NCBI GenBank assembly: GCA_019359035.1
Contig: JAHHIC010000051.1
Location: 94,146-158,145 of the forward strand
Length of the DNA: 64,000 bases
Origin: Scytonematopsis contorta HA4267-MV1
Lineage (GTDB): Bacteria; Cyanobacteriota; Cyanobacteriia; Cyanobacteriales; Nostocaceae
Direction of reading: 5' to 3'
Below are positions 61,215 to 64,000 of the stretch, in pieces (the stretch's first letter is position 1; each line of letters begins with the position of its first letter). The notes under the pieces were generated by a model. The model ran no database searches and had not been told where the DNA came from. It worked only from the letters and a program-made list of their open reading frames with translations. The translations under genes and the position numbers were made by a program.

Positions 61215-62663
61215 ATGTCTGTTCATTTAGAAGTCCGTGCTGCACAAGTAGCGCAGGAAGATTTAGTTATGTTTATTAATGCCTGCTATTCTTGTAGTGG
61301 ACAGCGGGAATTTTATGATGATGCCTATGGTCAACGGGTATCTATTGACTTTTTGCATGATTATATTTTGGGTAATTATCGCTTGCTATATGCTCGTACT
61401 TTAGCTACAGGTATTAATCATTTTAACCAAGCACAAATTATTTTGAAACTTTTGGCAACTGGAAAAAATACAATTTCAGAACATCGTCAAGAAGAAGGTG
61501 CTTTAATTACCGCTGCTCTTAATGCATTACCCCCACAACGCGCATGGGGTGTTTTGCAAGAACTACAACAACGTAAAATTAATAATCGTCGTACAAGGGC
61601 AATAGCTCGCGATTATCTTGCTACTCGTCGTGATATCAACTTTGATGCGGTGAAATATCGCTCTAAAGTTAAGGCGATAATATCTCATGCACACCTCAAA
61701 TTATATGGTGAACTTCCTAATTTTCTTTTTGACTTCGCTAAACAAAAATCTTACACCACACAACTTTTTGAACAATTTCGCAAAGCGCAATATAGCAGCG
61801 ACGCTATTTATAACTTGCCCTTTACTATCGCCGAAGGGTTTGCCACGAAACACAAGATTAAGCGTGAGGTATTTTTAGAACGCATCCAAAAACAAATGAC
61901 TTTGGGCGAAAAATTACGTTATCAAGGTGCAAGCGAACGCGCTGATGTGGATATTAATCTCGATTTTGGTCGTCTCCCCCTAACTAAATTAGCATTGTAT
62001 TTTCTTTCTCTACCCCAACAAACTAAAAAAGAACAATGGGATACCTTTAACCGTGCATTAGAAAAAGCTGCATATTTAACATTAAAAAAAGCACCACTTC
62101 AACTTGGTCGAGTTGCCGCTGTTCTCGATTGTAGTTACTCTAGCTCTGGTTCCAGCGAAAAACGTCGTCGTCCTTTAGGTGTCGCTCTTGCTACTCATTA
62201 CCTATTAAGAGCCGCAGCTAAAGACTACCGCGCTTTTTGGACAGTGAGTGTAGAAGATGCTTTGTTAATTCAGCCACGAGGGCAAACTGACCTGGCTACA
62301 CCATTGCTAGCAGCACTAAGCTCTGGCGCGGAAACAGTAATAATTATATCCGACGGTTGCGAAAATGACCCACCGAACGGAGCAGCAGAAGTTTTGCGGG
62401 TATATCGTACCAAACTTGAGCGTCTACGTAAAACCTCGATTATCCACTGTAACCCAGTTTTCAATGCAAATAGTTACTCTTTACGTACCATAAGTCCTTA
62501 TACTCCCACAATTGGACTGCGAGACGCGGAAGATTTGCCCACAATGCTGGGTTTTGCAAGTCTAGCTGAAGGTTCCTTAACTTTATCTGAACTGGAAGCG
62601 TATTTACAACAAAGAGTCGAACAATTTTTAACTCACCAAAGCGCAACTCAATACTACTCGTAG
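61215..62663 (+). CDS. vWA-domain protein with a large helical N-terminal domain. Ro60/TROVE-like is one hypothesis.
   Basis: The C-terminal vWA has a MIDAS D-x-S-x-S motif (AAVLDCSYSSSGS) and VIIISDGCEN. The N-terminal ~300 aa are helical and unassigned. The TROVE assignment is not verifiable without a search. Confidence 0.7.
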   Translation: MSVHLEVRAAQVAQEDLVMFINACYSCSGQREFYDDAYGQRVSIDFLHDYILGNYRLLYARTLATGINHFNQAQIILKLLATGKNTISEHRQEEGALITAALNALPPQRAWGVLQELQQRKINNRRTRAIARDYLATRRDINFDAVKYRSKVKAIISHAHLKLYGELPNFLFDFAKQKSYTTQLFEQFRKAQYSSDAIYNLPFTIAEGFATKHKIKREVFLERIQKQMTLGEKLRYQGASERADVDINLDFGRLPLTKLALYFLSLPQQTKKEQWDTFNRALEKAAYLTLKKAPLQLGRVAAVLDCSYSSSGSSEKRRRPLGVALATHYLLRAAAKDYRAFWTVSVEDALLIQPRGQTDLATPLLAALSSGAETVIIISDGCENDPPNGAAEVLRVYRTKLERLRKTSIIHCNPVFNANSYSLRTISPYTPTIGLRDAEDLPTMLGFASLAEGSLTLSELEAYLQQRVEQFLTHQSATQYYS

Positions 62664-62768
62664 GTTGGGTTGAGGAACGTTCACCGAAGGTGGAGCGGAG
62701 CGCTTAACCCAACAAACAACCAAAAAGAACCAAAAAAGTTGGGTTTCCCAAAGCCTCAACCCAACCTA
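62661..62768 (+). ncRNA. Structured intergenic RNA element with four mutually complementary segments (GTTGGGTT x2, AACCCAAC x2) and a 15-bp terminal helix
   Basis: TAGGTTGGGTTGAGG (62661-62675) pairs with CCTCAACCCAACCTA (62754-62768). Internal AACCCAAC (62706-62713) and GTTGGGTT (62738-62745) permit alternative 1:2/3:4 or 2:3 pairings. Confidence 0.4.
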
Positions 62769-62791
62769 CAAACTTCTCAGTAGTCCCCAAA

Positions 62792-63931
62792 ATGCAACTA
62801 ACTAAAATTACTTTTAAAGGTTTAGAAATAGCACCCTCCCAAGTACATGGTGCTATCCGTATTGTTCCCTTGCTACGTCGCGAAGTACGTGGTGACTTAC
62901 GCTTACTAAAACGTTCCTATGAAGAAGACTTGGCTATAGTTTCTTTAGAAAAAGACATGAAATACCTTTCTTATGTCCCCCACGGTTTAGTTATGTCTTG
63001 GACAAAAGATGGCAGTGCTGTCACAAACTTTGGTGGGGACATGATGAAATCTGACGGAAAGCGTTTAGACTGTCGGTGTGCAAGCGTTCGTTTGATGCAA
63101 CGTATGGTAAAACGTGAAGCGAAAAACGAACTGCGATTTTTACCTCTACACTTAGCAATGGAAGGTTTTCTTTCATTATATTTCAACGGGCCCAAAATCG
63201 CTTGGGAAGAATATTCTAAGTATGCTCTTTCCTACGGGTTAGGTTGTCGCTACGAAAGTTTTGTTAGTGGACGTGATATTGCTGGATTAGAAGACGCATT
63301 ACGTGTATTTGAAATTCATACTGGACAAGTGGGAGTACTTGTTTATGTTGCTGAAGCTTTAGCATCCGTATTTGTTGTTCCCACCCCAGAAGATTACCGT
63401 GCGTTACACAACAGTTTAATAGAAGACTTCTACGGCGAATTAATTTACCAATATGCTTTAACTTATAATACAACTTACCCAATCGATTGCAAAATTGATG
63501 AGTCAAGAATTAGTAATTTAGCAGATTTGCGAATTGCTGTAGATAAAATGCGTTTAAATTGGGCATCATTTCAAAGTGTGATGGCAAATGGGTTTTTAGA
63601 CAGAGAATTAAATTCTAAAACAGTTTACAACGCAAATCCTTTTACTTTACAAAGATTTATAACTAACTTAGAAGGATATAATGAAAACTATATTGGAGAA
63701 GCAATAGTCAGGGATAATGGCGAATTGGAATATTTGCATACCTATCGCTTATCGGATGCACAAACACGTCGCGCTCGCTATCTTAGCAAGTTAGAAGAAA
63801 ATAATTGGAACTTACATAAAACTGCGTCTTCTCTTTCTTACGACTACCAAGAGTTTGTGCAAAGGATGGAGAAAGAAGGCTTTGGGTATTTGTTTAAACA
63901 ACAAGTCAGAGATAAAGCACGCAAACGATAA
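62792..63931 (+). CDS. hypothetical protein (unknown family)
   Basis: The 379-aa ORF has an ATG and balanced composition. It lies directly downstream of the vWA gene and the structured element. Confidence 0.6.
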   Translation: MQLTKITFKGLEIAPSQVHGAIRIVPLLRREVRGDLRLLKRSYEEDLAIVSLEKDMKYLSYVPHGLVMSWTKDGSAVTNFGGDMMKSDGKRLDCRCASVRLMQRMVKREAKNELRFLPLHLAMEGFLSLYFNGPKIAWEEYSKYALSYGLGCRYESFVSGRDIAGLEDALRVFEIHTGQVGVLVYVAEALASVFVVPTPEDYRALHNSLIEDFYGELIYQYALTYNTTYPIDCKIDESRISNLADLRIAVDKMRLNWASFQSVMANGFLDRELNSKTVYNANPFTLQRFITNLEGYNENYIGEAIVRDNGELEYLHTYRLSDAQTRRARYLSKLEENNWNLHKTASSLSYDYQEFVQRMEKEGFGYLFKQQVRDKARKR

Positions 63932-64000
63932 GCTGATTATGAAAAGAGGAGCATCCCACATGTGTAAATTTATTGTCTTTCGTAGTGCGGGCTTCCAACC

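Overview
The window reads as an accessory region of a filamentous cyanobacterial chromosome, probably Nostocales. This identification is inferred from the gene repertoire and repeat content: HIP1-type GCGATCGC sites, STRR-like heptamer tandem repeats, PEP-CTERM proteins, DUF1822 next to a sigma-like gene, TRADD-N-associated membrane protein, and CHAT/STAND/WD40 giants. Coding density is moderate and genes sit on both strands. Recognisable housekeeping genes are few: an FdhF/YdeP-type molybdopterin oxidoreductase, a Dus tRNA-dihydrouridine synthase, serine hydrolases, and an Arr-type rifampin ADP-ribosyltransferase. Most of the window is mobile or conflict-system material. There are three STAND/NLR-like NTPase loci: a CHAT-STAND-TM-WD40 giant, a NACHT-HEAT protein, and an NB-ARC/TPR pseudogene split by a MITE. 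A separately encoded caspase-like CHAT protein sits next to a membrane-anchored NB-ARC NTPase with extracytoplasmic Ig-like domains, bracketed by two Rpn/YhgA-like transposase paralogs. A TnpB-like RuvC protein lies between ~330-bp direct repeats. A ParDE toxin-antitoxin pair and a small-protein/HNH pair are present. Several dispersed repeat families appear: 91-bp inverted repeats flanking a phosphatase/oxidoreductase cassette, a palindromic hairpin family, GTAGTGCGGGC hairpin elements, and a 520-bp minisatellite. The most unusual non-coding content is two tandem tRNA-like elements with circularly permuted topology (T-arm, capped acceptor hairpin, D-arm) at 3.3-3.6 kb. At 33.2-33.4 kb there is a cluster of odd tRNA-like genes, including an anticodon-less element with a G3:U70 acceptor. 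Far downstream is a vWA-domain gene that could be Ro60/TROVE-like, followed by an attenuator-like four-segment RNA structure. All functional assignments are from motif recognition in the translated ORFs and direct inspection of the nucleotide sequence; no database searches were possible.
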